Positions 21,105 through 35,240 of a DNA stretch of 64,000 bases are shown one piece after another. How positions within the stretch are numbered: the stretch's first letter is position 1; each line of letters opens with the position of its first letter. The DNA is taken from positions 1 to 64,000 of the forward strand of contig NW_019028998.1 of NCBI RefSeq assembly GCF_002105155.1. The letters are read 5' to 3'. The DNA is from Lobosporangium transversale (Eukaryota). The notes beneath the pieces are model-generated. The model was given only the letters and a program-made list of their open reading frames with translations. It had not been told where the DNA came from and ran no database searches. Both the position numbers and the translations under genes were made by a program.

Positions 21105-21652
21105 TTATTGAAGCTGAATGAGAGGACAATTTGGTAAGTGTCCACGGTGTGTCAAGAAATTAGCCACCCGCTGCTTCTTTTCCTTGGGCTCACAATCTTT
21201 CCAGGTAATTACAATACGCTCCTCTTGGGCCGGTGGTGATAGAGCTGAAATAGATTTTTCGTTTACAGCCAGGTCGTCGACGACGTCTTGTTCACGAGCC
21301 ACTGCTTCTCGTTCGTCATAATCCTTCCTGGATTGAACAAACGATGCCGCACGTACTTGATATCTCAGGAGGATGGGCAAGAGCTTCCAGAATGTAAATT
21401 CAGGCCAGTAACAGTCAGTAAACTCGATATGACATGCTCTTGAGCTCTGCCACAACATGAAGTCGCTCAGACGGATTTCGCCAGAGGTTCGGATTAATAA
21501 ATCCATTGGAGGGCAAGAGCGAGTGTAAAGACTGCTCTCCAATGTGCTGGTCGTAACGTCGCTAACAAATATCAGAAAAACAACGAATAGTTTCTCTTTA
21601 GTTAAGAAAGCGAAGGATAAAAGACCTGAGTGTTCTTTTTCTTTTTCTTTTT

Positions 21653-21685
<33 letters not shown>

Positions 21686-22683
21686 CCTTGGATCAAGTTC
21701 ATGAGCCTCAACACCACTCACTAACGACCGGGATGCCATAGTGAGCTCTTCCCGTGATGTATAAGGAAAGCACATGTTTAAGACAGCTCTGTTATTATGC
21801 TTTGTCGAATCTACAGCACGATGGACTGCAGCACGGACATCTTCTGGCAGCAGGGAAACATCTCCCAAAACGCGTACACTGACACCATACTGTCGGACGA
21901 GCTCACTACCGAATAGGAAAAAAAAATAAATTAAATAGTTGGTATCAGCAGTTTGCAATGTCCAGTCAAGATAATAATAAAATTGTAGTAAAGTTAATAG
22001 TGAATGGTTGAACAATATTTAATGACGCGTGATTCTACTGTTGGCATGCATTGAATTGAAATGGCGAAAGTAGTACATGCAGGCGCTGCAGACAACAACT
22101 GCTGTGTCTGTTCTGTATAGAGCCCAGCTTTTCCCGTGCATAAACTCAAACTAAACTAAGGGTCAACGCAGTATTTGGATCACTTTCATGTGCCTAATAC
22201 AGCAAAATGCGTTTGCAGCATGCAGGTCCGGGAAGAGACATGGAGAGGTGGTATGGATAAGATAGGGGATATACTATACCTGTTTTCAGCTAGCTCGGTC
22301 AGCTTATCCTTTGCAAGCTCCATTAAAAGTTCTACCTGTTCACGAGGACGCTTGAAGTTTTCGATACTGAAGGCATATACGGTAACAACCTTGACACCAA
22401 GTTCCATGCAAACAGCAAGAGTCTGAGATGAAAGAAGAGAAACAATTATTAATGGGCTTGAAATCGATAAAGCACAAAAAAAATTAATTGATTCTAAATA
22501 AAGCTTGTGTTAAGATTAATGTACCTCTGCCAGGGCATCGTATCCAAGGTAGTAGCCCTTATTGCCGACATTAACTTTTTTTCCATAGCGACGATTGCCA
22601 TCCATAATGAATCCGACATGTTGAGGGATGGCACCCTGTTGCATTGCCTTAATTGCAAGCGTGCGCAAGAAAATGCGTGACAT
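21105..22683 (-). CDS. RER2: cis-prenyltransferase / dehydrodolichyl diphosphate synthase
   Basis: IPQHVGFIMDGNRRY, VTVYAFSIENFKR, LNMCFPYTSREE, DLLIRTSGEIRLSDFMLWQ and WPEF; four exons. Confidence 0.95.
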
Positions 22684-23398
22684 TAGTGTAGATCAATTGA
22701 ACAAATAAAGAAAAAGAATCAAAGGGATCAATGCACTAGTGAAGGAAAAGTGGTTGATATGCTATACGGGTAAGGTGAAGAGGGAAGTGAGGAAGAGTGA
22801 AAGAGAACGCAAGAGTGGAGGAAAGAAAGATAAAAACAGATAAGAGTTTGCTTTAATTTAAATCGATGTTTTACATGCCATTGTCGTTGGGGTGCCTGGC
22901 TGGTGTACCACAAAACATTGATCATCAATTGTGCCACATCCATAGATCATCTGATATAATTAAGGCAACTTAATTACTAAATTATAATTATTAATATTTG
23001 TATCTTAGTAGTTTAATATGGAGCTTAGTGCACATTAGGGAGATGCTTAATGAAACAAGTGCTCTCCCTCGCCTCCCCCTTTTTTCCCTTCCATTCAATT
23101 ATTAATTTCATCAAATTCTCATCCTTTCTTTCTTTCTTTCGTTCTTTCTTTCTTTCTTTTTTTTTTTACCTGTTCGAACAATTTGACTGGTGAGTGATCC
23201 ATCTCTTAATTCTTTCACTTACTTTCTCGTTTGTGCTTTTCTCTCCCTCTTTCTATTTTTTTTTACATTGTGGACAGACAGCATTTCGTCTTGCGCGTGA
23301 CTGACCTGAGTGGCAAAAAAAAAAAAAAAAAAAAAAAAAACTGACCTGGCTTTCTATTGCGGGGGCAATCATGGTTATTTTTTGATAATTGAATATAG

Positions 23399-26300
23399 AT
23401 GGCGGACCCACGTAATTATCGCCCCGGTCCATACGGGCCAGGATATTCACCACAGCAGAACCAACAGCATCAGCAACACCAGCAACAGCATCAACAGCAT
23501 CAACACGGCTACAACACTGGATTTTATCCCCAACAGCCTCGCCCTGGGCCTCCAGGAGTAGGGGGCATGCCTATTCCTCCTCAATCTCATTTCAATTCTG
23601 GGCCACATCAGCCTCCATATCCGCCTGTGTTCAATGGAAGCAATCACAACGTGGGATACCCTCACCCGACGCGTCCGGGCCCAGGACCAGGACCAGGACC
23701 AGGATTCAACTATGGTCCCAGTGGAAATAATTTTGGAGGTACCATGCCAGGGGGAGGAGGGAGACCTTCAGCACAAAGCTATAGACCTGGAACACCGCCA
23801 CCTCAGCATACTTTACCCTCGCCTATGATGACACCACAGATGCACTCTCTACGGCATCAAGAATGGCCTGTTGCAGGCAGGCCTCCATCAAATATGCCAG
23901 CGTTCCCACCCAACGTCAATTCAGGCTTTGGCCCCATCTCCAATCCTCATGGGCAGGGACATGAAGCTTCAGGATATATACCCAAGCCATACGCCCCCCC
24001 AATATCTCACTCGAATCCACCTTCGCATAGCGGGCCTGGAGCGCCGCCACATCCGTCTTTTAGCCCAAGCGTGAGTACTGCCGCTACATCTCCTTCGGCA
24101 GCCATGCCAAAGCATTCAGACCCATCCTCATTTCCTAACCTGAGGCCGCCGACAAACTCAAATCCACTGACCATGCCACAGCCTTCAACATATCGCCCAA
24201 AGACTAGCTACCAACCTACATCGTCGTTCTCTCCAAAGAAGGAGTCGAAAAAGCCTCTTTCTGTACCATCCCCTAGCCTATCGTGGCAGTCAGCAACCTC
24301 TGGTACTTCAATTCAAAATCACCATGGATACCAGTCATCACAGAGCCAGCATCGTCCACCCTTGCATCCCAGCGAATCGTTTGATGCAGATGACAGACCC
24401 ACGGAACTGATTCCCATCCTTGACGATCACAGCCCCGGTCATGCTCATCTAAGCGCTCAGCATCCACCGTCCACATCTTCCACTGTACCTCCCTCACCTA
24501 CTTTGGTAGCTGTCTCACCATCGCCCTCTTTCACTACCATTTCTTATCTTCCAGCATCACCTGGTCCATCTGACTTAGAGAACCGTCCGACAGAATTACC
24601 AGTACAGGATGTCTTTCAGCAGCATGAGTCATCCAGAAAAGCGAACACTGTCCCAATGACCCAGCCTATGCCGCTCGCTCCATCTACGCCACTGTCTGCT
24701 CCTATTACAAAGTTTCCGACGGCAACTACTTTTGTACCATCTACCACCTACAAATCCACCAAGAAGGAGGCATTCAAAGCCCCACCGCCGCCTCAGCCAT
24801 CAAATACCAATAACTTCGATACCACTGTCAAGGTGGAGGTTTCCAGCGTCAAGGTGGAGGTTACTGATGTCAAGATAAGTAGCAACCAGCAGCAGTACAG
24901 CAATTCTTATAAGGTTAGTCTCAATAATCCGCCTGTACGGCAACAAAGCAACGCATCCTTGGATAGCCCAATTTCCCTTGATGGTTTGATGGATAGTATT
25001 GAGGCAATGGCACGGCCCTCATCGTCTCCTCTAGTGGCTTCTACCCATCAAGGTCCTACCTCACAACAGCTTGGTAGTGCTGACTACTTCAAACCTCTCC
25101 CAGTTATCAAAGGAAACGAGGCAGAGCAGAAGCGTTACTCTTTATCGGATGCCCCCGTCGCATCAACTTCCTCACCAGGCGTCTCGCGGCTCGTTCCAAA
25201 ATCGCATGCCAGTTCACACTTACCACCATTTCCCGAGGACCAAGGCGATTTATCAAATACCAGTAATCCAAATGTATCTAACACGGCTACGCGAACTACA
25301 CAGCCCTCTGCGGGTGGACAGTCTAACGTTACTTTATCTCATGGGAGAAATCAAGGCGAATTAGAACAGGCCTCATTCCAACACAATTCAACGGTGCAAT
25401 CTCATCCACCACATAACCACAATCATATTGGAGGCAATGCAATGATGCTCTTTAGTCAGCCAGAGTTTGTTCACAACCCAATCACTTCCATGGCGGCACT
25501 TGCCGATCGCCCAGAACAGAAAGCGCCTTCGATGGTACGTCGAGGAAAGACTCTCCGGAGAGCGGCCGGAGTAACCGGGGCAAATCACCAAGTGGAACAA
25601 ACCCTTGTACCTCCGCCGCCACCAACAAAGGTGACATCTGAAGAACTTTATCCTTATCTGCTCAGACTCGTTCTTTTGGCTCAAGAGGACGAAGCGCCGC
25701 CGCCTACACCAGCTTTGCCTGTCACTAACAAGGACACCCATAAGGATCTCGTAAAAGTATTGAGGTCCAAAGTGAAGGATATTCTGTCAGGCAAGGATCA
25801 GAATCCAGCATATCAGGATTCAGTTGTAAAAAAGGCCCTCAGCAACATGGAGCCAAAGCAGTTCAAGGCTTCTACCAATGCGGAGGAGCTTATGCTTGGG
25901 TTTTCCATAGAAATGTCCAGGATTCAACAGACTATGAACATACCTACCAACAATCGAGACGCCCAAATCAGCATTATGGTTAATTTGCTACGCGAAGCTA
26001 TACAACAAGATCCATTTGTTGGCCATGAGGCGATTTTACAACGGTTAGATAAGCAAGTGAAGACGACCGCTACAAAGCCAAATAACTCTACAGCGCAAGC
26101 GGAAGAGCATACAAAGGTGATTAAGGAGCTGTTTAAGCATCTGGAAGCTGTAAGACATCAGCGTATGAATGACCTCCGTCGAAACTCGACTAGACAGGTA
26201 TGCCTTTTATTATAACTTCCTCCTTTTATGTTTGCTTAACCACTTTTGTGAAAGCTGTAGTTCTGCTATTGGCGCTTTCTAAACTTTTTTTTTTTTTTTT

Positions 26301-26932
26301 TTTTTTTTTGACAAGGCTGCGATTGAGGACTTGAAAAAGTGTCTCTCCAATCTTGAACTTGATTCATTCCCGTACCCCGGCATGGCAGACTACCATCATA
26401 GAGAACATCATGAAGAATTCAAGACGCGCGAGCGCAGTGCACTCAATGGCTTCATTCGTGGTCTTTCTGCTGGTCGTCCCAACTTGATGTCAATCAATAC
26501 CCCATCAAGGCTATATCATCCTGTAAGTAAAACAGTACCACGTGCACGTAAGCTCTAAACGGACTTTCTGAAATATATTGCAGAATATCTGCTAACATCT
26601 TTAATGCCGTTTAGAATGAGTTTACTTTCATTCCAGAGAATCCTAAAGCATACTACCATGTGCTCTTAGAGATGTGTGTAGATCATGCTATAGCATCGCG
26701 TAAGGAGGATGATCCCGCAGCAAACCTTCTTTCCACTCCAACACGGGCTCTTTTGATTGATTGTGGTGTTCGTTGGCGATTAACTTCCAGTTGGAGAGAA
26801 ATCATGTATATGGAAATCATTAAAGAACGATATAGAGAAGGCAAAGTTTCTGTCCACTTTCTCTTGGACTTCCTTCAAACAAAGTTTTACAAGGATTCTG
26901 AAGTGCATCAATGGCATATTTCTGAGGTAGGG

Positions 26933-26969
<37 letters not shown>

Positions 26970-29900
26970 TAGTCATAACTGCTTTATTTAGTGATTGCTG
27001 CTTTGTCACAGCTTAACAGTTACAAATCTTGTTTCTCAACAGGTCAATATGTTAGGAGATGTATATGGTGGCCTGAACCATATGATATTTGACAATATCA
27101 ATCACGATATTAAGGACTTGGAGTCAGTCAGCGCAGCATATTTCAGGCCAATGATGGATATTCTTGACCGCGTGCATCAGCAAGAAGTATATCAGCGATT
27201 GAACATCGATTTGACACCTTTTTTTGAGGATATAAAGGAGACTGTATTATTGGAGTCGATTCGTAGCTATAACGCCAAAGATGCTGAGGTTCAAAAGGAA
27301 GGATATGAAAATGAAACCGTTCCCTTAACAAAAATGGCTCTTTATATTGTGTCTGAGCATGGAATAATGAAAAAAAGGTTCCCACAGCCACTGTTCGGGT
27401 AAGTATGCAAGCATTTTTATGCCTTGTCCTCCACCCCACCCCTCTTTTTTTTATATTAATGCTTTTACTATCTTTCATAGTGCTGTCGATGTTGCTGCTA
27501 TCGTAGTAGAAAACAATCTTCGAAATTTTGTTCCTCTGATGCAGAATATGGCCAATATGGATGCAAAGAAGCTACCTATGGCTGATGTGTTTCCATTATA
27601 CCAGCTTTGCCGCGAGCTTGTTACCCTTTTTGAGCTGTATGCGCCAAGGTATGTTACTTAATGGGTTTCGATCGATTTAAGTGATCGGTAGCGATACATT
27701 ACGAATCCTCATATTTTTATTCATTCTTGTACTATATAGCTCAAGTGCTCATTTTAATATCTCCACCTGGTTTAAGCCTTATGTTCATAAATACCTGGAG
27801 ATGCTTGACGCATCTATTACCGAATGGGTCACAGCTGCTATCAAGCAAGATCAAGTATGACCATGTTGTTTTTGTACAATGGCGAAGTATTTTATTTTTT
27901 GTACCGTGAATGGCTGGAGATAATACCAGCGCCAAACATCATACTTACTCTTTTCCCACTATTATTAATATTAAACGCTCATCACTAGTTTGAGGAAGTG
28001 AGTGTTGGCGCAGGCCATTCTTCCTCCGCAAGCGACCTCTTTGCTTTCTTTTATGAGCCTTTGACCTGGGTCAAGGGATTGAATTGGCCAGATGACTATC
28101 AAAGAGCAATATTTATCTCCAGTCTTGCTAAAGTATTTTGCAAGGCTGTGGATTTATATGCGCAATACATGGAAACAATGTTCCACGGCTGTATGCCTTC
28201 CTCGGTCTCATCCGTGGCATCAACAGAATCCAAGACTCTTACTGAGCAGCTTGCGTCGTTTACCTTCAGATCAGAAAGCACAGAGGCAAAGAAAGCGGCG
28301 CAATTTGTATTCACACCTAAGGTATTCGAAGGATAAGGACTGTGGTGTCGCTGATGTATGTGTGCTTCATTAGTATTTACCTTGGTAATATTTCGTGGTT
28401 AACTAGATGTGCGTTCTTGTGAACAACATTGAAGCCGTGCGACAACGGCTAGATGAGCTCTACCGCAACATGGATGTAGACAATACTGTTCAAACACTTC
28501 GAGATCATCAAGGTGATATTGAATCCGATCCAAATGCCCCGCAACAGTTTGAAATTATTTTTGTCTGCGCGGAAAGACTGCAACCAATGGATTCAAACGA
28601 GGCTAGCGACCCCTTTATTGTGATGTCGCATGAAAATAAGGAAGTCTTCCGATCCAAAACCATTTACGCAAACATCAATCCACGCTGGAATGAGGTCTAT
28701 CAGGTGACTTTGACTAAAGAAATCACTTACCATATCCAAATCTTTGACGCGGACAAGATGCATAAAGATCGATTGTGCGGATCACAGTACTTAATCATCA
28801 ATCCTGAGGACTACGAGGACTATATGGCACATGATGTATGGCTAGATTTGATACAAATCGGCCGCCTTTTGTTACGAATCACGATGAAGGGCGAACGTGA
28901 TGATGTCCAGTTCTTTTTTGGTAGAACTTTCCGGTCTTTAAAGCGCAAAGAAGCTGATATGAGCGGCATGATTGTAGATGCTGTAAGTCTGGGGAATTGG
29001 GTCTTCACGTATTTCTTTATATGTATATGTTGATTTTGAAGGCTTATGATAGGCTAACGCTGTCCAAAAATCCTGCAGATGGTACCATGTGCACAAGCTT
29101 GCTTGACAGAAAAGGTCCTTTTTAGCAACTTCCGGTCCAAGGCTCTATTTCCTTTCTTTAGCAGCTCTGTTTCATCTGCTAAAGTCACAAAGGTGTCAGA
29201 TGAGGATTGCGATAATGCACTTGGTCAGCTAATTGATTATCTCGAAGCATCTTTGCCGGTTCTCTATGACTATCTCACAACTGAAGGAATGACACTTGTG
29301 ATCACAAGGCTTTGGAAGGAGATCTTGATTACTATTGAATCGCTGCTAATGCCACCACTTTCAAACACTGTATCTGATCGGACGCCATTGACTGAAATAG
29401 AAATGCATGTTGTCTTCAAAATTGTAGAGGTAAAATATTTACAAACAAACGATGTGAACAAACATTGACGTGCAAGTCTCTGCGTTTGATAAATAGACAT
29501 TTTTCTTTTTCTGTGTTCTGCTTGCCCATATTTGTCAAAGCGCTCGAGACTAACATAAAGTTCTACGTTTCCATATAAAAATATTATCTGAAATGGTTAG
29601 TTTATCAAACTCTATCTGAATGGTGGAGATGCAGGAGATGGTTTCCCATTGAAGGTTCTTGAGATTCCAAAGTATAGGGATCTGCTGACAGTTCGACCCA
29701 TCTATGACGCGTCAACTGAAGAATTGATTGCAGAGTATAATCGGGCTCTAACTGTGCCGGGACGCGGGCGCCTAGCCAGGCAACAGAGCGATTATGATCG
29801 TCGGGCAGGGGGTGTAGCCAAACGACCCAGTGCCGATTCAATGACGCCAAACCCTGAAACAATTTTGAGGATTTTGCGAATGAGGCATGACGAGAATGTT

Positions 29901-30014
29901 GAACCCTTTTTGAAACAAGCCATCGAAACACAGTCCAAGATTCGTGAGGAACGAGCACAGGCCAAGCGAAAGCAACTCGTGTACCAAAGGCAAATTCAAC
30001 GTGATCAACTTTAA
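23399..30014 (+). CDS. Fungal Munc13/Unc13-like protein (Pro/Gln-rich N-terminus, MUN/MHD1, C2, MHD2)
   Basis: A long disordered N-terminus is followed by FTFIPENPKAYY..LL..C..RWRL, HSSSASDLF, CVLVNNIEAVRQRLDELY, a C2 domain (SDPFIV..RSKTIYANINPRWNE..FDAD), FFFGRTFRSLKR and LWKEILITIESLLMPPLS; about 11 exons. Confidence 0.85.
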
Positions 30015-30103
30015 AAAAAAATAGACTTTCTCCATATATCCATATTCTTTTTCTTGTTGCCTTTTATTATATTATAACAAACAAAAAAAAAAAAAAAAAA
30101 AAA

Positions 30104-33100
30104 TTACTGGAGGTTTGCAGATGCGAGTACTTGTCGTGCGATTCGTCGCTGATCAATGCGGCGCTCACCAAATTGTAAAGATCCTTTCAAGATCATAGTG
30201 GCTAATGTCTGTCGCTTCTGAATACCCTCTGCATTCTTCCAGCGGACCAATAAGCTCAGGACCTGGTTCCTATTGACGCTCTCTGTTACACGATAACACA
30301 CGTCCATGGCATGCTCTAGCGACGCTTGTTCCGACATACTATTGTCAACCAAATAAAAAAAAAAAAGTTGGATAAATACTCTTACTTGCTCTAAAAAATA
30401 AAGTAAAATAAAAAAAATAAAATAAAATTTTACCTCAGATCTGTATCAAGTAACACTTTCACACAGTGGTACCTAAGCCTGATGGCTGCTTCTGCCAAGG
30501 CATTATTCTCCTGACAGCGAATGTTAGGGTCTGCTCCATAGTCTAGCAATGTCTCAACCATTAAAGCATTATCATTCAGAATGAACGCAGTCATCAATGG
30601 AGTCCTACGTTCGCTATCTTGTGCGTTAGGGTTAGCACCCATCTTCAGCATATATTCAAGAAGCTCGTCGCAATCCCGCCCGTACTGCGTTAATAAATGA
30701 AGTGGCGTTTGAGAACTGTCGTCGAGCTCATTGAGATTGAGATTAGAGCCCGCAGATTCGCACAGGAGCTTCATAACTTCATAGCTATCGCTCATGGCTG
30801 CAGCATGAAGCGGAGTTCTGCCTGACATGTTATAATATGGCTCCATAACATTAGCGCCATGGTCGAGATGCCATTTTACGGCTTCAAGGTTGCCATTTCG
30901 GCAAGCTCCGAAAAAGTCTTTGATCTTGGTTTTGCCATCCAGTGGTATCCAAACGTTATTCGTGGGAGCGGTTTTTATACATCCACCGAACCCAGGTCCA
31001 CTCCTTGGCGTCGATGTCACAGAAGGAATTGCTGGTGTGAAATTTTGGAGAGGGTTGGGCATGACACTATAGTTTGGGCCTTGCGGTATCGTGTCTGATG
31101 AGGGTAAACGGAGCGCCATGATATTGTTTGTAGGTGGAGGAGGATATTGCACTGGTGAGCCAAATCCACGATGCTGAAGTTGAGATGGTGGTTCATCCAT
31201 TTCCCACCCTTTTTCTTCAATGGGTTGTTGTGCCGATATCTCCGGTAGCACTGTGGACATACTGGTGTTCTTTGGACTTCGTCTTCCCATATCATGAGTT
31301 ACGATTGGGTGGTGTAGTCCAGTATTAGTATTGGCTTGATTAGTCTGATGAGATACGCCACGCGTCTTTTGCGAAACTGGGGCCTGAATCCAATTAGGAC
31401 GAACAAAAGCCACGGCTGAGTCCGGCATACCAAGTCTCTTGTTCACGGCATCTTTATAAAATACAAGTGTTGAAGTCAGTTGCATGTGTTGTCCGTCACT
31501 TGAAAATAATCATATGGCATTCCAAGCAATATAAAACATACTCACCATCAGATATTTTGATTTCCTTGATACGTCCAGTCAGAGCCGTCTCTAATGAGTG
31601 CTGTGAGTTGCCCATATTGGCATTATTCCTAGAAGGCTTGGGAACCAGGCGCGAGACGTTGGCAATGGACTTTGTGCGGGATCCTCCTCCTACTGAAACC
31701 ATGTGATTGAGTGAATTGACTTGCGTTACAGGCGCCGAATTTCGCTGCGATTCCATTATAACTGGAACAGCGTGGGTCTCGGTGGGTAACGAGCGAAGTC
31801 CACATAAGTCTTCAGGAGCAGCAGTTTGTATGGTACCATTTTCTTCTGCCTGCATCCCATTATGATCTGAAAGCATTTTGTCCAGAGTTTTCAAAATGAC
31901 AGGAAGTGGTGGTCGTTTTGATGGCTCTCCGTCCCAGCATTGCTGATAAAGATTTGAGTATTCAATGGGTGTTCCCGGTACTATTTTTTCTCGCCTTCCC
32001 CTCATGATCTGAAAAGGCAGCAGAAAGTTTTCGCCATCATGATCAAATGGCGGGTATCCTGAAGTCAGTTCCCACATGATGACTCCTAGACTGTAAACAT
32101 CTGAGCTGTGATCGAAATGTGCGTTTTTAAGACGCTCCGGAGAGATATAGGGGACCACACCCCGGACTCCATTATTAGAATTAGCATGATTGACGTATCT
32201 TGAGAGACCAAAGTCAGTTATGAGAGCTCTTCCAGATTGATCAATCAGAACATTTCTGGAGTGAAGGTCATGATGACAAATATTGTCTTCATGAATGAAA
32301 CTGATGCCAGCTGCAACGTCTCTAGCAAGTCTCATCTTGTTTGCCCAATTGAGCGAGTCGAAGTGACGAGAAAGATAATCACGAAGACTTCCTTTCCCTG
32401 CAAACTGTAGGACCATTCCATAATCGCCTGTGTTCTTCATGCGAGTAATTCCATAGAATTTCACAATATTTTCAGAGTCTTGTACTAGTTTGTGGATTCC
32501 AACCTGTATCCATATAAGAAAAACAGTTAGGGTCAAAGTCGGCTCTTAGGAACAATTAAAGGGTATCATCGGATTTTGATCTAGGGGTTGCCTCTGGAGA
32601 CCAGTTACCGACAATAACTGAGCATCCAGGAGTGTGAACAACTCACCCAAATGCCCAAATATTCAATATGTGGTCACTTTTGGCCTTATAAACGAGTGTT
32701 TTCCTTTTCTAATATCTGTTCGATATAGAAACACCGCCTCTCCGGAACCTGACGAATATCATTAGAGGAATAAAAAATGTCTCAAGCATTCAATGCTTTG
32801 ATAATTCCCCCTCGTCTATTAAGCATTTTTTATTCGGTCAATCTCCTCATGGAGAGTTGGACCAAGTTTTTTTTTTTTTTTTTTTGTACAAGAAAGAAAG
32901 GAAGAAAACATACCTCTTGAATAAAATCTGCAGGATTGAAGAGAACCTTGACAGCGACACGCATGCCGCGCCACGTTCCAGCGTGGATCATGCCAAAGCC
33001 TCCACTTGCGACGCCCATTTGCAAGTCTTGGATATGATTGAAGTCGATTTGACGAAGTAGTTTATCCTTTACGGCCCCTTCGAGCCATTGTTGTTCCTTA

Positions 33101-33138
33101 TCATTGAGCAGCACGACGGGCGCAGTATTGTCGGCCAT
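30104..33138 (-). CDS. Tyrosine-kinase-like (TKL) protein kinase with C-terminal ankyrin repeats
   Basis: SGGFGMI, VAVK, HHDLHSRN, DFGLSR, GVVPYISPE, SDVYSLGVIMWELTSG and CWDGEPSKRP; ankyrin repeats GRTPLHAAA, SQTPLHLL and RRTPLMTA; four exons. Confidence 0.92.
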
Positions 33139-34496
33139 GCGAATTTGCTGATGTTAGCAAGAATGATAACAATAATTATGATGAGAATATGCTGAATATT
33201 AAAAGGAAAGGGAATATGAAGGGTTCAGGGGAACAGGTAGTAGTAGGGTTGCGAGATGGAGAGAAGGCGAAATGAGACACAGATGGATGGTAACTTTGCC
33301 GCAGCGTATGTTAGGTGGTGTGGGCGCATGAACTAGAACATGGTCGAGCTACTACGTACAAATAACAGTTTGATGTCATGTACACATGTACACCTTGTCA
33401 CACGTGCGAAATCTATAATAATCTGTATGGCACGTGCTAACGTTGCGGAATTCCTTTCAACCACGTAGAGACAAAACACGGAGCTGGAGAGTACGTATTA
33501 AGGACTCATTATAATAGTTAGTCTGTTGTGCGCCATTATCCGCCCTATGGCAGCAACTCTTTCTTGTGGAACCAGTCTTTTATTGGTGCCTGAGATTCCA
33601 GAACCAAAGCAAGGTAAATGAATAGCGTGCGATACCCTAATTTCTTTTTCGATACAGTAGAAAAATGAGGGCGAGTGTGGGACAGGAGAGAGTTACTAGC
33701 TCAAGTAGTGGGCTAAAAGATGCTTTTTAGCACCTTAGGAGGCGCGCTGCCCACGTGCACGCATGATGAACGATTATTCCAGATGCAAGGCATGTAAGGA
33801 ACACAAACCACAATACGCGTTGAGCGAATTGTACCAATGCACATGTCTCCACTATTCGCTTTATTGTTGCTAGATAGAAATCATTTCCTTTCTTGTTAAG
33901 CTATATATTCAGTGGAGTCGCTTGGATAGCGGACATAGACCTTGATCAAAGTGTCACTGCTACTATAAGCGTACGAATCCCAGGTGAGGTCAGATCAACT
34001 CGATTTAAAGCATCAAAAAGCATACCAGGAACACTAATGAGACAGTCCACAATCTAGCTATCAAACAAAATATGAGCCGATTGCCACCCTCACGCCTTTT
34101 CAAGTTTTAACGGTCATCGCATCACCAATCTTAGGACGTTGTAAGTCAGGCGAGTGCATCTTATGCTTTTATCGTCCAGCTTCTTTTAGTCTACATTTAT
34201 GAGAGTAGATTAGCATACTCTAAATATCGCGTGGTGTGGCGCGAATTGAAGGTAAAAGGTTGACACAGTGCGCTGCGGGAAAATATGAGTGGCGGGAGGC
34301 AGAGCAGGACAATGGGAGTTCATATAAATATCATCCGTGAGCTCAGGTTTCGTTTCTTCTTCTCTTTCTTTTTATCCACCCGCTCCTTCACCTCCCTCTC
34401 AACTCTCGAATCTTTTATGCCCAGAAGGGCACTTACTATTTTGACTCATATTGGTTTCGAAAAGCATCCCATCTTAACAATTGTATTTATATACTT

Positions 34497-35240
34497 ATGG
34501 ACCCCATGATAGCCGCAGATATCCTCCCATTGACTATCGAGACCAACTCCTTAAACCCTTCTATGGCCAATACATCTTTACATGACCCCATTTTCCCTTC
34601 AAAAGATAATATTCAGATTACACCTCAAGCTGACAAGTTCGGAGAAGATGCTGTTCTGACCGACCCCTTATCCACCATTACCAGTGCCCCCTCATCAGAT
34701 GATTGCCCAGACGATCATCAAGAGCGCTCAGAAGATGTTGCAAATGTTGTTAGCTCACCTCATGGCCACACCGCCAACAACATTGATATCCGCAGCTCGC
34801 ATCAACAAAGCACTGTCCTATCTGACTCCACTATGACTTTTAATACAGCTGAAACAGCAGAAGAACGATCAATAAAGGATCTCTCAAGTACTAACGTAAA
34901 GGAGGAGCAAAAGAGCCAGGATAAAGTCGAAGATTTAAGCAAGATGAGTGACGAATCCAGCTTGAAAACATCATTTGACCAAGGCGAAGAGCTTATTGAT
35001 GACAAAGAGCAAGCCCAAGAAGAACCTCGCGAGTCTCTGAGTCGTCCTCTGAGTCGTCAGGAACTACGCCGCAAAAGTAGCTTTTTTAATTCAAAAGACA
35101 TTGCTGTTTCTGATAAGCGATACGGGACATGGTCCGGTTCTTCCTCTATTTCAGCCTCCATGCGGCCTATCACAGATCCACGTTTCAAAAGTCGTTTTCA
35201 AAGTCTGCTGTCGCAGTGGAAAGCTAGGGAAGGCAACTGA
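34497..35240 (+). CDS. Hypothetical 247-aa Ser/acidic disordered protein
   Basis: Intronless ORF preceded by TATAAAT (~34323) and a CT-rich leader; the C-terminus has RRKSSFF and DPRFKSRFQSLLSQWKAR. No family recognised. Confidence 0.7.
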   Translation: MDPMIAADILPLTIETNSLNPSMANTSLHDPIFPSKDNIQITPQADKFGEDAVLTDPLSTITSAPSSDDCPDDHQERSEDVANVVSSPHGHTANNIDIRSSHQQSTVLSDSTMTFNTAETAEERSIKDLSSTNVKEEQKSQDKVEDLSKMSDESSLKTSFDQGEELIDDKEQAQEEPRESLSRPLSRQELRRKSSFFNSKDIAVSDKRYGTWSGSSSISASMRPITDPRFKSRFQSLLSQWKAREGN

